DNA from: Diadema antillarum
Taxonomy: Eukaryota
Assembly: GCF_040938485.1 (NCBI RefSeq)
Contig: NW_027271016.1
Location: 1,674,001-1,738,000, forward strand
Direction of reading: 5' to 3'
DNA length: 64,000 nt
The notes beneath the pieces were generated by a model. It had not been told where the DNA came from. It saw only the letters and a program-made list of their open reading frames with translations, and made no database searches. Positions 26,253 through 40,515 of the stretch are shown here, one piece after another (position 1 is the stretch's first letter; the number at the start of each line of letters is the position of its first letter). The position numbers and the translations under genes are program-made.

Positions 26253-27327
26253 CTGAAAGGTACCGACTGCTGGAAAACATTCCACCGATAAAGAGTGTGT
26301 TGATATACAAAGTTGAATTCATTCATATTATCCATACATGAAGTATTTTCAGGAAAAAAAAAAACAGATATCACGAGAGAGAAGAGAATGTGTGTGTTTG
26401 TGTGAGAGAGAAAGAGATAGAGACTGATAGACAGATAGATGAAGAGGGAGGGGGGGGGAGGGAGAGAGAAGGAAGGAGCGGGAAGGAACGCGGTAAGTGA
26501 GGATGCGGCGCCGCGAAAGTCAAATCGCAAGTTAGCTGACATCGGAGTATGGATTTGGACTAGAGACCCATGACGCCGGGGCTTGTGCTTCTTCTTTTTT
26601 TTTTATCTCTCAGCGAAAAAAGTCAGCGAGAGTGTTGCGACTAGAACCCATCACAGTTTTCGCCCGGTCCCTTGAGATCACGACAGAGTGGCAAGAAACC
26701 GTGTAGAGCAATCAAACAGGATCAGTGCCGAACGACGCCGCGGTACTCCCCGACATCGCTTAGCTAGAATCTACGTCCCCTTTCGAGTAATAGATCAGCT
26801 TCGCTGTCTCATCATATGATGATACATACATACATGTCCCTTGATGATGACTGACAGTGATTACAGTTACGTTAGCAGCAGTAGCAAATAAGCCTTCAAG
26901 ATTGCGAACTGTTGCCACAATAGTTACATTAGTTGTAGAATGGATTTTTGTGTTATGTATTTATGTGCCTTATCCATTACTTGATAAATCATACTTGTCA
27001 TAAGAAGAACTACAGTTGTATATCATATGTCCTATGTTTGGTTCACTCATGCAAATTGGGTCGCTTGCCTTGTAAGTAATCACTACATGAGGGATATCAA
27101 ATTCTTTTCATGCATCGAGATACGGAAGCACGATTATATGCTGTAACATTTTTGAAAGCATTGCAGAAATTTAGTAGCTGAATCACATCAAGACTTTAAT
27201 AATCTACTCAATCTAAACACGGAGCAATTTTTGGGTTGCAACACGTAATTTATCGCATCCAGTGCTATTGGCCGAATGGACCCGTAACATAATTTTTCGG
27301 TGTCGTCAGTGTTATTGTATCCGAATG

Positions 27328-27493
27328 CAGTCAAACCTGTCTTAGCGACCACCCGTCTAAAGCGATCACCTGCCGTATACCACCACTAAAAGCAATTCCC
27401 TCCAAGAGGAAAAAAAAAACATGCTAAAGAAACCTGTCTATAACGGCCACTTTTTCGTCTCCCTTGGGTGGCCGCTATAGACCGGTTTGACTG
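27328..27493. mobile_element. Tc1/mariner (pogo/Tigger-like) MITE
   Basis: Inverted ends CAGTCAAACCTGTCTTAGCGACCACC / GGTGGCCGCTATAGACCGGTTTGACTG. Flanks are TG and CA rather than an intact TA TSD. Confidence 0.7.
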
Positions 27494-30306
27494 CATCCTT
27501 AAAGACGCATTTATAATAAAGATTTCACTGTACATTCGCGCGGAAAGCATAATAAAGCTTGACAGAGTATGGCAACGACATAAACTAATAGAGAACATTC
27601 GGCTTTGATGTCAGAGAAAGACTTGGATTCGTTGAGAATATGGCAGCTGTAATGTTTTGTTTTCTCCCCACCAACTCTATAAAGTACCAAAGTGTGATTT
27701 TGTAGCCATTCTTCGCCATGGAAACTGGTTCTAAAACAAGTTCACGTGGCCCAAGTGTTTAGGCGCGCACGTGGTTTCAACCCAGGCTACAACAATAGAC
27801 TCTGACATCATCACTTTGGTACCGTATAACTGCAGAAAACAACAAAAACAACTGCCCAAAAATGAAACAAATTAAAACAGAAAACCCTTCGTCAATTCAA
27901 CCAGTATTAACGGGGGAGTGGGGGCCATAGAATGTTTAAAAGAGAAAATGTATACTGTCGCACAAAAAGGGGGAGTTTTCAAGAACATGGGTTCACAGAC
28001 TGTACCACATTAGCCATGGTTACGGGAAATGGGCCAATTTTGCCGGATTACAAATTATTTTTTCTTGCCAAAGAGATTAGGGAACGAATGTGGCCCAAAC
28101 GTGATGTAAGAAGCTACCTGTTGACGGGTCCACGCTACATTGACATGATTAAACCCTAAAAAGTATCAAGCGTACAACGAGTTATACTTTCCTCTTCTTG
28201 TTAAAAGTTCAAATTTCAAATTTATTTCCGTTTTTCAACAATAACACAACATATACACCTCTCTTTCTTTAGTGACAGAAATAATGTAAACAAGACAATG
28301 TGGATTGAACAGAGTAAACAACGATAACAAAAACCTTACAGTAGCGATGCATTAATAAGTGCTGAAGTAATCAAAATGAAGTACATCAATATGCACTGTG
28401 CGAAAAACGTAGGAACCCACTGAAAAGACAATGCTGTGGAATGTGGGCCCCTCTTGGAAAAACGATCAATGAGAAATTGGTTGAAACAACAACAAACAAA
28501 CAAACAAACAACAACAACAAAGTTTGTTGGTCTCTACCAGCTGCATCCTTATTTTGAAATTATGAATAGAACATTCAAGATATGCAGAAGAATCAACTAC
28601 ACGCTATCGACTTTCTGACATTGCTGAATATGTTTTCACACTCGAATGGACGATGGTTAATATATTCCTATCGATTTTTGGAGCGATTGACAACGCAACA
28701 GCAGCTACCACAAAACATAATATGAGAAGGAGAATTGTTCTTGTTGTTGTTTTTCTTTCTTTATCTCTATCTTATTCTCTCCTCCTCCTCTTCCTCCTTC
28801 TTCAATCAATAATTCCTGTGCGTTTAATTAGTTTAGGAACAAATTTGACTTGCGCACGGGACCCTTTCCCCATCTGCAGGGTTCGATTTGGATGCTGACA
28901 TTCACTAGGGCAACCCCGAGAAAACGCCTGCGAAATTAGAACAATTTCCCTAAAGCCTGGAGGGGTATGTAGATGTTTACTCAGTACAGCCACACACTTT
29001 TCTCTCTCTCTCTCCCTCTCTTTCTCTTTTCTCTTTTTTTTCTAAGGAAATCGAGACAAAATGCTGTTGTTCATGGTGGCGATGTTTACGTATTCTTCCT
29101 GAAAAGACTATTTTGGCCGACGGGTTATGTTTCGCTGTTCTTGCGCCTCACAGAGCCTTTTGATTTCTTTGTTCTTGCATTGCCACTCATTCATGTGCAA
29201 AACCAATAGATAAGACAAACTTTCTCGGAGCTAAATTGGAAGGTTTTCGGATGAAATTTGCAATTCATTAAAACATTATTTCCTGATTCTTTCATTATGA
29301 GGTAACAATATTTAGCACAGTTGTGCAGATATCCTATTACAGTTATAAAGTAATTAGGAAATTGCGTTTTGCACTAAGAAATGAAAAGTTAGTCTTCATC
29401 ACACATTTTTATGTTGAATGAAAACATCTGAAAGCTTCAAATATTACTTGATATTCGAAAAAGTTTCAAAGCATCATTAAGATCGCACTGGCACCCTTCA
29501 TTTAATTCCAAATAGATGGTCCTTGTCATGATTTTCCTACACGTCCATCAAGACACTAACAGTTGATGTAAGTTGATAATTGTGTTATTTAACAGGATTA
29601 GTTGAGTTAAAAGTTATACGCACATTTTAGATCACCAACGCTGTCATGGTTACAGGATTGTATATATATATATATATTTAAATGTCATTAATGATCCAGC
29701 GCAATTTCCTTGAATTTGCCGCCGGTCGGTCACTCTTCTTCTACCTATCAACATTTTCAAAACAACTTTTTTTTTTTTCGCTTGAGTTGAGGTCTTTGTA
29801 AGAGTGATTGTACAGAGAAAGGAAAGACGTGTGGTTCATCCGTCGGTCAACCCGTTCCTGTAGTCACGCATGACGAATAGTTGAAGAGTTTGATAGCAAA
29901 ACGTCTTAAGCGCCTCTTTATCTAAATCATCATTTGAGAGTAAGTCCATTATTAGCTTGTGCAATATAAAACTTATTCAATGATACCTTACTTGTTGCGC
30001 AACAAGGATTGTTCTTGAAGTCATGACGAAAAACAATTCCGTAATTTTCATTATTCTTTTGTGTTTTTAGCAGCTTTTAGCTACAAATATATCATATTGG
30101 CGGGAATGTATATAGTTAACGCATTTTACCATCAAACTCTTCAATACTTACCTATCCACATCGTGTCGCAAAGCACTGTTTCTCCGACACCTAAAGAGAG
30201 AGAGAGAAAGAGGAATGAAAACAGAGCGAACAAATTTTGTACCTAAAATCTATAGGTTCATTGATAGGTGAACATGGAGAGGGGGGGGGGGGGTAGAGAT
30301 TGAAGT

Positions 30307-30348
<42 letters not shown>

Positions 30349-31693
30349 GAAGAACAGACATAGGGAGAGAAAGAGTAAAGAGAAAGAGACGGGGGAGAGA
30401 GGGAGATAGAAATTCAATCACCACTTTCAGAAAATAATTAGATACTTTATATACTTCCGCATCGGGATCAGAGTGAACATGCAAACTCTTTAACAAAAAC
30501 CAACAGACACGAGCAGAAAGCAGGACAGGCCTGCTATTCCATTAGTCCATTTATGTCAGGGAGGCTGGAATCCGTCTACAACTGCCGCTTCTACCTTTTT
30601 CTTTACTCGTCGAAGAAAGTTTTCGAAACCTCGTATGACGAGTTTGTTAAAACTGTCTTTGGCGTGTATGCCGAAAAGCCTGAGAGTTTCAAATTTTTCG
30701 ATGGTCTGCAGTTATCATTTATGTGTATACTGGAAAACAATGTGAGTGTAACTTGTATACTACGAAATCGTACTTTATGTGGGATAAGTTACTTTCGGTC
30801 TTTGTTCAAGCCATAGTTAAAAGATGTTCAAAAAACATATCCATATGTATAATTAGATATTGATAAACAATAATGAATGAAGCTGCTAATTATCTTCCTG
30901 TGATTTCCCAACTGCATCATCGGTCTTCATCGACATACGAGTACATGAGCTCCTGTTGTACGTTTCCTTGCTGATGTTGTTTCCGATAGCTTTAAACAAA
31001 TCGGACGTTCTTATATGGCTGTTTGATCTGATAGAAAACAAAGAGCTGATGCTGCATGGTGACGTCCTAATGGCTATATGCATTTAATGTAATAAATGAC
31101 TAATGCCTTTTCTTTCTGTCACGATCTGTCTGAATTAAAGAGGAACCTCCGGCACTCTTGTCAACCTTTGTCAAATCGTCCCGCTTTTTGCTGCTCCATA
31201 AATGTCAACCTTTGCGATCGGTGCACGACGCGTCGTTCGCTCTCGCACGAGAATCGCACCCTATCCACCACCGATGTGTCGGTTCACATTCTTGTCGTCA
31301 TTAGCATTCTAAGTACTTTCCATACATACGTAATCATTCGCTCGTGTTGCCAACTTTCAGTTTGATCCCTTTCAGACTCATTTTATGTGCTACATAATCA
31401 TTAACCCCCTTTTTTCAACTGGATATATATTTACTTCTTTCTTTTCTGTGAGTGATCCGTTGTTCTGTTTTTTTTTTAGTACCAGTTTACCCAAATTTGA
31501 TGTCTTGAGGCTTACAACAAACGAGAACTTTACTGTAACACTTTCTTGTAGTTTTCTGAAGAGTCTATACACCTTTCAACACACCAAGTATACGCGGATG
31601 CGTATGTGATAAGTGAAATGATGACTATTCCTCGCGTTCCCTGTTCTAGTTTTGCGAGAGACATCAGAAATGTGGAGTTGATTTAACACACAT

Positions 31694-31724
<31 letters not shown>

Positions 31725-34700
31725 GCACTCCGAACACAACTGCCCTAATATGATATTATTCTATACCGGCCGCTTGTTTGTATCTTTAGCTGTAACACTT
31801 GCACACAACTGTCGCCATGACATTTAATATCAGGAAGTGACCACAAAGACTGCGCATGCATGTCTGAAGAATCCAGTGCGTCAACAAAGAGTGAATTGGT
31901 CTCCGATGGGATATAGAGGGAATATCCAGTGGAGGGCCTGCTAAACCAAACTACACAAGTTTCTTCGTGTGGGACTGGATCAATTCCTTGAAATGATAAT
32001 GTGCATTTCCCGAATGTTTCGACCATATATATTCAGAGCGAAAGTCATGGCTTCAAAATGAATGACAACGACTATTGGCTTATGGAGGGCGTTAGATACG
32101 ACCCCTATGTTTTTGTGAGATCATGTTTTGTTTCTTTAGCTATACACAATTGTTATGAGTACGAGATGTTATACTCTGGAGTCAATAAAAAATGCAGAGA
32201 CATCAAAACTGTAAGGAATATGTATTCATACTAACAGCGAATAGATGACACACACACATTCTAAACATTCTATGTATATTCCTGTTGCATATTATAATAT
32301 AGCTATTCGTTCGGAGAACCAAAATTGATTGTTAAGATCAGTCTCGATGGAGCACATCTTGAAAACTCGAATATGAAATATAAATTCGAAAGTACATATA
32401 TTTCCTTCTATAGGTAAATCAAAGCAAAGTTTGCGTGTGGAAGACTGCCACAAATAACACTGCTGCAGCTCAAGTGCGAATGTATCAAAGTTTGTGATTT
32501 AGCCTACGTATTTAATACAACTTAGTCTGTACTTTTCTCTCCGTCCTCTGTCTGTCTCTCTGTTTATATCTCTCTCACTTTTGTCTTTTTCTTTCTCTCG
32601 ATTGCTATATCTTTCTTTCCTCTATCTCTCTCTTTCCTTTTTCTTAATTGAAGTGGAACAACGAGGAGCAAATGCTCACAAAAACACTAAGAAACTAACA
32701 AACGAACAGCCAATGGGAATTTCAAGCGATTGCTGATTCATATGAAATAAAAACATATAAAACGAGCAAAGAATGAAACCCTGTTGTAGCTGAGACTACT
32801 AATCTCCGTTAGATGGGAACTATTTGTCACATAAGCATTCCAGTGGTGGGAATTACACCTGTTCGCATTTGAAAAAAAAGGAGATCGTCTGTATTACCTT
32901 GTGAAATCTTCAAAGGGTATTTCAGAGTGTCTCAAACTTACTTATTACTCTTATTCTCATCAATGTAAATTCGAATTTCACTGATTTACGCCAATAAACC
33001 GCGCGTTTCCGAATCAAGGCTGTTCCTTTTACACGAGTCTTCTGCCACGTACAGTGTATCACAATGTTTGAATCCATGCAGAAAGATTAGGAATAAGACA
33101 TGGCATGATAGATTCCTCATGCCTTCATATTTATTTCCACGAAATGCATATAGATTCCAACATCAATTCCAGATGCGTTTGACGCCATGCTGCGGGCCCA
33201 TGTATAATAGCAATGATGCTAACATTATGTTTGCTGATGTCCCATTTATATGGGATTTAATATTGCATTTACCATTAATACGAGGGGGATTTCACAGAAG
33301 AGGGTCATAATTGTACGCCCTTAGGTGCGTGAATACTTTCTGTTGGGATCCCCTTGACATCTTCCATGACTTACATCATGTACATTGAACTCAAACTGTG
33401 TTTCTCCACTGTTGCTTTTCTTAAATCAATAATTGACTCAGTCGCACGCAACATACGTATGCCCTCAAGCGAAATTGACGGTAATGCTTGAAGATACATT
33501 TCAAGATTTCGTTGTTGATGTTTTATTGTCTGTCTCTTCCTTTAACTCTTCAATTTTTAGTCCTTCCCCTCCTTTTTCAGTCATGCCGCATCGAGAGGAT
33601 CCCCTCTCATCCATTAAATGATCCAACCTTGGCATTTACCGCCCAACCGAAAGTTGGCAATCTCATTCATGCGTTTTGGCGGGAAATTCTACCCTGGCAC
33701 AAATTTCCCTGAAGGCACTCGTGCGCTGCCAAGTAGTTGCACAGCCAAATATCTCGACAATCAGCAAGACAAACCGAGAAAAAAAGAGAGAGAGAGAGAG
33801 AGAGATGAAAGACTTCAACTTGGAAATCGGAAATTGTTCCTCCACTTTAACTCCAATTGTTTCTGTCATCGAGATAAATCCATAATTTGATCACTTTACC
33901 TTTGCGCCGATAGACGATCACTATAACTTGAACAGTCGCTCACTGAAGGATTCTTCTTTTGCAACAATGTCGACATCTATGTGAGTGTGTGTGATTGTGT
34001 GTGTGTGTGCGTGTACGTGTGTGCGTTTTTATGATTTGACGATGATAAAGCTTGACATTCAACATCAAATTTCTTGTAATTTGAACTTATCCCACATTGC
34101 TCATACAGATACACTTTGGTTGCTCCTTCCACTTTTTTTCCTCTTCTTATCGTTTTCCAGCCGTCTCAGGTTTTCGTATCACAGTGAGCAGAGATATACA
34201 GACAAATGTGTATCATTGTCAACTCACATGCGGCATTTCGTTCAGCGGTAGAAATGAAACATTCATTATAGATGTTTTTCCTGTCTTGCAATCAGACAGT
34301 ATCATGAAAACACAAGTCCTCAACGACAGTCATGATAATAAGACGGAGCCTTTTTTTTTTGTAAGGAGAAAGTAGGCGCTAATCGAAAGATATCGCATCA
34401 TGTTTTAGCCCACACGCAAATGTCTCTGGATAAAAAGATACTGTGACGTCTCCTTCAGGCGCCTCAATATCGCAATAAACATGACAAAGATAACTGATTG
34501 CTAATAAAAAATGGAACGTTTCTTTTTTTTTCCGAACACCAAATTGGGGACAATTATCTTAATGTCAGATTGATATTTGCGTAGGTGGATATTTCATATA
34601 GCCCTGCACTCGACAATATTGGCATATTTCTTCTTTTTTTCTCTCTTTCTCTTTCTCAATGAGGGAATCTATTCATGATAATATTCTGAACTTGATCCGA

Positions 34701-35119
34701 TCAAAAAAATAAAAAATGGGGAGGGGAGTGGTTATGGTGCATAAAAGTTTCGGTCAGTGCCCAAATCAATGACGAGCTTTAAGATGGGCACACGGCTGGC
34801 AAACCCATTTATAATTTGCGTGGGATAGCACCCTCATTAACACCTTAAGTGGTCCGGATAGAGCTCGACGCTCTGGAAGTGCTCGGGCACTCGGCCGTGA
34901 AGGAGAAAGTGCCCTCCCGTCGGCGAGCACTTCATGGTCAGTCGGCTGCTTCGGGTCATGTTTGTCCGGCACTCCAACTGTGTCCGCAGTTTCTCTAGCG
35001 TCGAGCATGACAACACTTCCCTTGACATCCACGTGTCACAACCGTCGCATGCAGGTTTACGAGTCCTTTACACACAGATATACATTGTACAGACACACGT
35101 GCGCGCGCTCACACACACA

Positions 35120-35150
<31 letters not shown>

Positions 35151-35698
35151 CAACGGCGTAAATCCGTACTGAGGAGTGGGGGGGGGGGGATGGTCACCAT
35201 CACCACTATTACAAGCCCATAAACCGATCGGCGCAGCCTGGGGGGGGGGGGGGGGAGAAGCTTGGTGCACCCCCCCCCCACACGCACACTTTACGGGGAT
35301 CGGATGGTCCCACTCTTTTGCATGAAATGTAAAGTGGGAGGAAGAGTGGCAGCAAAAATATGAAGACTTTTTGTTCTTGTTGCTTTTTTTTTTTGCTTGT
35401 CAGATGACTTGCGGCAGAAATCAGACCTTAAAAGTATGAAGACATTTTTTGTTTTGAAATATCTGTGAGAGAGAGCGGAGCGACCGGGTTAACTGGGGGA
35501 GGGTGTGTATGGGGGGGGGTGTCCCTCTCCCACACGAGGAAGATTTTGCATTTTCAGACCTGAAATTCAGCGATCTGGTGCACATTTTTGGTGACATTTT
35601 TGTTTGTTTTTTCTTTAAAAAACTAATAGAAAATGAAATATTCACAATATATTATTCAATGACTAAATCGTGGTATTTCAGCTCTTGCTCCGCCTGTG
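35151..35698. mobile_element. Poly-G MITE-like repeat(s)
   Basis: Ends CAACGGCGTA.. and ..CTCCGCCTGTG, several G/C homopolymers and a GGAGCGACCG motif. Possibly composite. Confidence 0.45.
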
Positions 35699-35737
35699 CG
35701 ACATCACTGCGAAGGCCTAGTAAATAGTGGGGCCTAT

Positions 35738-37649
35738 CACCGGCGTAGACAGGATTGGGGGAGCGGTTATGAGATCGTGAGGAAGCGAAGCAAGCGAGGG
35801 GGGGGGGGAGGGTATGGTAGGGGATTTCTCACTCCCACGGTGAAATCTTTTTACATTGAAAATTTTGACACTTTACAGTCCAAAAACTGCCGTTTGTAGC
35901 TATATTCTTCGCTTTGGAAATTAAGGGGGGCACACCGTGCGCAACTGCTGTCAATCACTGGCAGCAACATCAGGAGAATGGCATAGCGATTAAATGCGAG
36001 CGAGCGGAGCGAGCGAGCTTGAAAATTTTGACATAATGCTTTTACATGCTAAAAAACTGCCGTTTTGTAGCTATACTTCTTCGCTTTGGAAATCAAGGGG
36101 GTGGGCCGCACCGGGCTTAACTGTTGTCAGTCACTGGCAGCAACATCAGGAGAATGGTATAGCGATTAAATGCGAGCGAGCGAAGCGAGCGAGCTTGACA
36201 ATTTTGACATTTTACAGTCCAAAAACTGCCGTTTGTGGCTGTATTTTTTTGCTTTGGAAATTAAGGGGGCGCACCGGGTGCAACTGCTGGCAATTACTGG
36301 CAGCAACATCAGGAGAATGGCATAACAATTAAATGCGAGAGAGTAAAGCGAGCGAGCTTGAAAATTTTGACATTTTACAGTCCCAAACTGCCGCTTTTGG
36401 CTGTATTTTTTCGCTTTGGATATTAAGGGGAGGGGGCGCACCGGGCGCAACTACTGGCAGTTACTGGCAGCAACATCAGGAGAATGGCATAACGATTGAA
36501 TACGAGCGAGCGAAGCGAGTGAACTTGAAAATTTTTGACTTTTTTACAGTCCCAAAACTGTCGTTTGTGTTACAGCTATATTTTTCGCTTTGGAAATCAA
36601 GGGGGTGGGGCGCACCGGGCACAACTGCTGGCAATTACTAGCATCATGCAACATCAGGAAAATGGCATAACGATTAAATGAAAGCGAGCGAGTTTGAAAA
36701 TTTTGACATTTTACAGTCCCCAAACTATCGTTTGTGGCTGTATTTTTTCGCTTTGGAAATCAAGGGGGGGGGGGGGGACACCGGGCGCAACTGCCGGAAA
36801 TTATTGGCAGTAACATCAGGAGAATGGCATAACGATTAAATGCGAGCGAGCGAAGCGAGTGAGCTTGAAAATGTTGATATTTTACAGTCCCAAAAACTGT
36901 CCTTTATGGCGGTATTTTTTCGCTTTGGAAATTAAGGGGGCGCACCGGGCGAAAATTGCTGGCAGTTACTGGCAGCAACATCAGGAGAATGGCATAACGA
37001 TTAAATGCGAGCGAGCGAAGCGAGTGAGCTTGAAAATTTGACATTTTACAGTCAACAAAACTGTCGTTTGTGGCTGTATTTTTTCGCTTTGGAAATTAAG
37101 GAGGCGCACCGGGCGAAAACTACTGGCAATTACTAGCAGTAACATCAGGAGAATGGCATAATGATTAAATGCGAGCGGGCGAAGCGCGCGAGCTTCCGAG
37201 CTTCAAAATTTTTGACATTTTACAGTCCCCAAATTGCCGTTTGTAGCTATATTTTTTCACTTTGGAAATTAAGGGGGCGCATCGGGCGAAAACTGCTGGC
37301 AATTACTAGCTGAAACATCAGGAGAATGGCATAATGATTAAATGCGAGCGAGCGAAGCGAGCGAGCTTCAAAATTTAGACATTTTACAGTCCAAAAACTG
37401 CCGTTTGTAGCTATATTTTGCGCTTTTGAAATTAAGGGGCCGGGGCGCACCGGGCGCAACTGCTGCCATTCACTGGCAGCAGCATCAGGAGATTGGCATA
37501 GCGATTAAATGCGAGCGAGCGGAGCGAGCGAGCTTTAAAATTTTGACATTTTTACACTCCAAACACTGCCGTTTGTAGCTATATTTTTCGCTTTGTTTGT
37601 CCCACTTTTGTGGGGGAACCATCCCCCCCCCCCCCCATCGACGCCTCTG
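35738..37649. mobile_element. Poly-G/poly-C MITE-like element containing an expanded tandem array
   Basis: Ends CACCGGCGTAGAC ... TCGACGCCTCTG next to G and C tracts. No TSD seen. Confidence 0.6.
35862..37592 (+). repeat. Tandem array of ten ~168-bp units
   Basis: Anchor CAGGA(G/A)A(A/T)TGG at 35971, 36147, 36310, 36477, 36655, 36817, 36982, 37146, 37319 and 37486 (spacing 162-178 bp). The whole unit is conserved, with no unique spacers. Confidence 0.97.
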
Positions 37650-38679
37650 CATATGAGGGTGCTTTTGTTCAGTGAAAGATCTGCTGCACACTCTTTGATA
37701 AATTAGGGAAAATATACGTCAATCTCAAAAGTGTACAAAGTCTATCGAAAGGGATCCTGTATAGCGGAGCTTTTACATGTTTATGATTGCAATACAACGA
37801 TCTGGTGCATAGTTCTGCCGATATTTGGACAATTTTCTATTAAGAAAGTTCGAGATTTGTACTCGTCTCGGGAATTGCTTGGGGGATAAATGATTTGTCT
37901 GCCTAAACACTTCCGTAGGGGCGGGGCAAATGCCCCTTTGCCCCCCCCCCCCCCCCATAGATTCGACGCCCCTGATCTTCCTTGGGTATGCTCATAGATG
38001 TATCCTGACTGAGTCACCAGTCAATGTCGTTTCTCAGGAATGATTCAGGAAATGGAGGGGGTTCAATTATGGCAATATAGTTTTTGTTATTGTTTGTTTG
38101 TTTGTTTGTTTGTTTGTTTTCGTACATATCTTGCAGATGGTCCCCAGTTACTCGCGTCATATAATAGCATGTTTACATATAGGCCTATACTATTTGACGT
38201 TGTCAACGTCTGAGCCATACCTTACAGTGTACGTCAATGTTACTTTCTTCGCATATATCTTCCTACAAGATAGAATACTGTTCAGCTCTGTTACCTGTCT
38301 GAAGGCCGGCGTACAAACGTCATGCAATATGCCAAAATTGATACAATCACATTTCTGCTTCCTCCATTTTTTTTTCAAAATTCAGGGGGGGATGATTGTA
38401 CAGGCCATCCCCCCTCCTCCATTTCAGGGGGGGGGGGGATATACCCCCCCCCCCATCCCCCCCCCCCCCGGGATTTACGCCCATGACACACACACGTGCC
38501 AGTATGTTATAGAAGACACGAAGTTTTTTTCAACTGAAACAAAGACTTGTATTATTTTGCGTATACATAAAATGTTACTTTATTATTGTATCATTTGATA
38601 TCACTTGTAAGTTGTGTGTATACGATTGTGATAATAACCTAATTCATACTGTGTTGTGTTTTGTTGGAAAAAGGAGAAT

Positions 38680-38945
38680 GAAATAAAATGAAATGAAATG
38701 AAATGAAAAGTTACGTTTGGGCTGCTGTTCTGTAACAGACCTATAATTTCCTCATTAGCAAAATGATGAGCAAACAGACCCAGAATGCAGCTTATAATTG
38801 TGACACGCATGAGCACATTCCCACTCATAATATTGATTATTTTCACATTATAAAAATTAAAAACACCTTCAACATGTACCCCCTTGACATAACCTTGTAA
38901 AATCTCAACCATATCAATTCTTCACTATCAGTGCTCTAGCGCTGT
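38680..38945 (-). mobile_element. Highly degraded CR1 LINE 3' remnant
   Basis: Minus-strand fragments LEH**RIDMVEILQGY..VEGVFNF and CHNYKLH resemble the CR1 tail LEYRR.R.DMIEVYKI...GHNYKL. Followed by a (TTTCA)n tail. Confidence 0.5.
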
Positions 38946-39987
38946 AATCATTTAGCAATGATGATTCCTTAAAGGAGAGGAGATAGTCCAACAGTTGCTC
39001 GATTGTTGAGAAAAAAAATTATTTGTACTATATGTCAGGGAACTACACTAATAGACGTACCCCTCCCCCTCCCCCGATGAGTCTATATAGTATGATCACT
39101 GTTTAACTACGCTAGTACTCTATTACTAGTATGTGATGCTGCCGAAAGAATTGAAGATGCATCATCTGCACTTGTTCAGGATGGGTAATTTTACACCATC
39201 AACTTGAGTATGTGGGATTTGTCGTCCAGATCAACAATACGAAGAGGGGATATACAGGAAACAGACACAAGGGAGACACAAACAAAGGCTACTGAGCTTT
39301 CTGCCGGATAATAGCATTTGAAAGTAGAGTCGATCGGCATATATATTTTTGGGCGTCTCTATTAACTGTTGCCTAGGGGCGCTGATATCTAGTACAAGGG
39401 TCTGCAGTAAGTATCTCGCGTATACAGGCACACAATTAGCGGTGCGGGACACCGCTATCGCCGCAATAAAAACATGCAGACGAGAGTTCGAATCACCGGC
39501 TAGGTACATTCGGACACTGAAAATGTACGGGATGCATTCTCGTTACCAGTACAGAAGATCACAGTTTTGTAGTTTTGTGCAATCGATGAAAGTTCATGAC
39601 CCGCGCTAACCGTCCAACAGCAGTCTAAATGCGTTCCAGTTCTTCATACTCTTGGGCTTTACTGTGTTGTTATGTTCGCCATCAAACTGCAAAGGTAACC
39701 GGCAAATGTCCGAGTCATTGGTCTAATAGCAATGTACGATTAAAGTTCATGTGGTAGCCACAGAGAGGACAAAGAGTTGAATTAGGTAGAGGTAAAACTT
39801 CCCGGCGAATAGGGTATTGTTAAACACGTAGTCATCGCCTGTAATGAGGTCAGTGTCCCTGATAATCATATTTGACAATAGGACACTTTGGAGCTGACCC
39901 TCTAGCAGAGGTGGTACAAGAAGAGCTAGACTGGCATGTTTCGGATATTTACGTCCTTTTACTGCATTTCTTTTTTTTTAGGGGGAG

Positions 39988-40304
39988 CTGCTGGAAAGAA
40001 CACAGTGTCCCACAGTGTGTTCACAGTGTGTTCACATACAATGTAGTTGACTATGTGAAAATTCTCGGATTTATCAGTGTGAAGATGATTTCACACTGTG
40101 GTGTGATTTTCACAGAGAGTTCACATAGTAATGTTTTGTTTTACACCGTGAATTGATGATTCACAATGTGTTCACAATGTTAAAACGCTCGAATTTAATA
40201 GTGTGAAGAGATTTCACACTGTGGTCACAATGTGTAAACACTGTGTTTCACACTGTGCTAAACACTGTGCTTCACACTGTGGAACACTGTGTTCTTTCCA
40301 GCAG
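39988..40304. mobile_element. EnSpm/CACTA-like MITE with subterminal repeats
   Basis: Perfect 21-bp TIR CTGCTGGAAAGAACACAGTGT / ACACTGTGTTCTTTCCAGCAG. Many CACAGTGTG/CACACTGTG motifs inside. Confidence 0.8.
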
Positions 40305-40314
40305 GGGGCTGTGG

Positions 40315-40515
40315 CATAGTGAGTGCCTACGTCCTTGGACAAGATATTTTACTCGCCATGACCCAGGTGTGTAGATAGCAACCTAGCAACGCTATTATAG
40401 GGAATAATACTGGTAGGGTCCTCTGGTAGAGAAGTGGTAACACTGAAGAAAATACTATGCAACGAAGACCATATTATCATTTCCGCAAGTTGTTGTTGTT
40501 GTTGTTGTTATTGCA
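40315..40515 (+). mobile_element. SINE 3' portion
   Basis: GTCCTTGGACAAGATATTTTAC..GACCCAGGTGT resembles a conserved SINE core (GTCCTTGGGCAAGACACTT..GACCCAGGTGT). Ends in a (GTT)n tail. Confidence 0.55.

Noticed and set aside
35862-37592. CRISPR-like regular array
   Set aside because: The whole ~168-bp unit is repeated with no unique spacers, there are no cas genes, and the context is eukaryotic. It is a satellite.
35994-37691. Repetitive ORFs such as WQQHQENGI... suggesting a repeat protein
   Set aside because: Unit lengths vary by non-multiples of three and frames break in nearly every unit.
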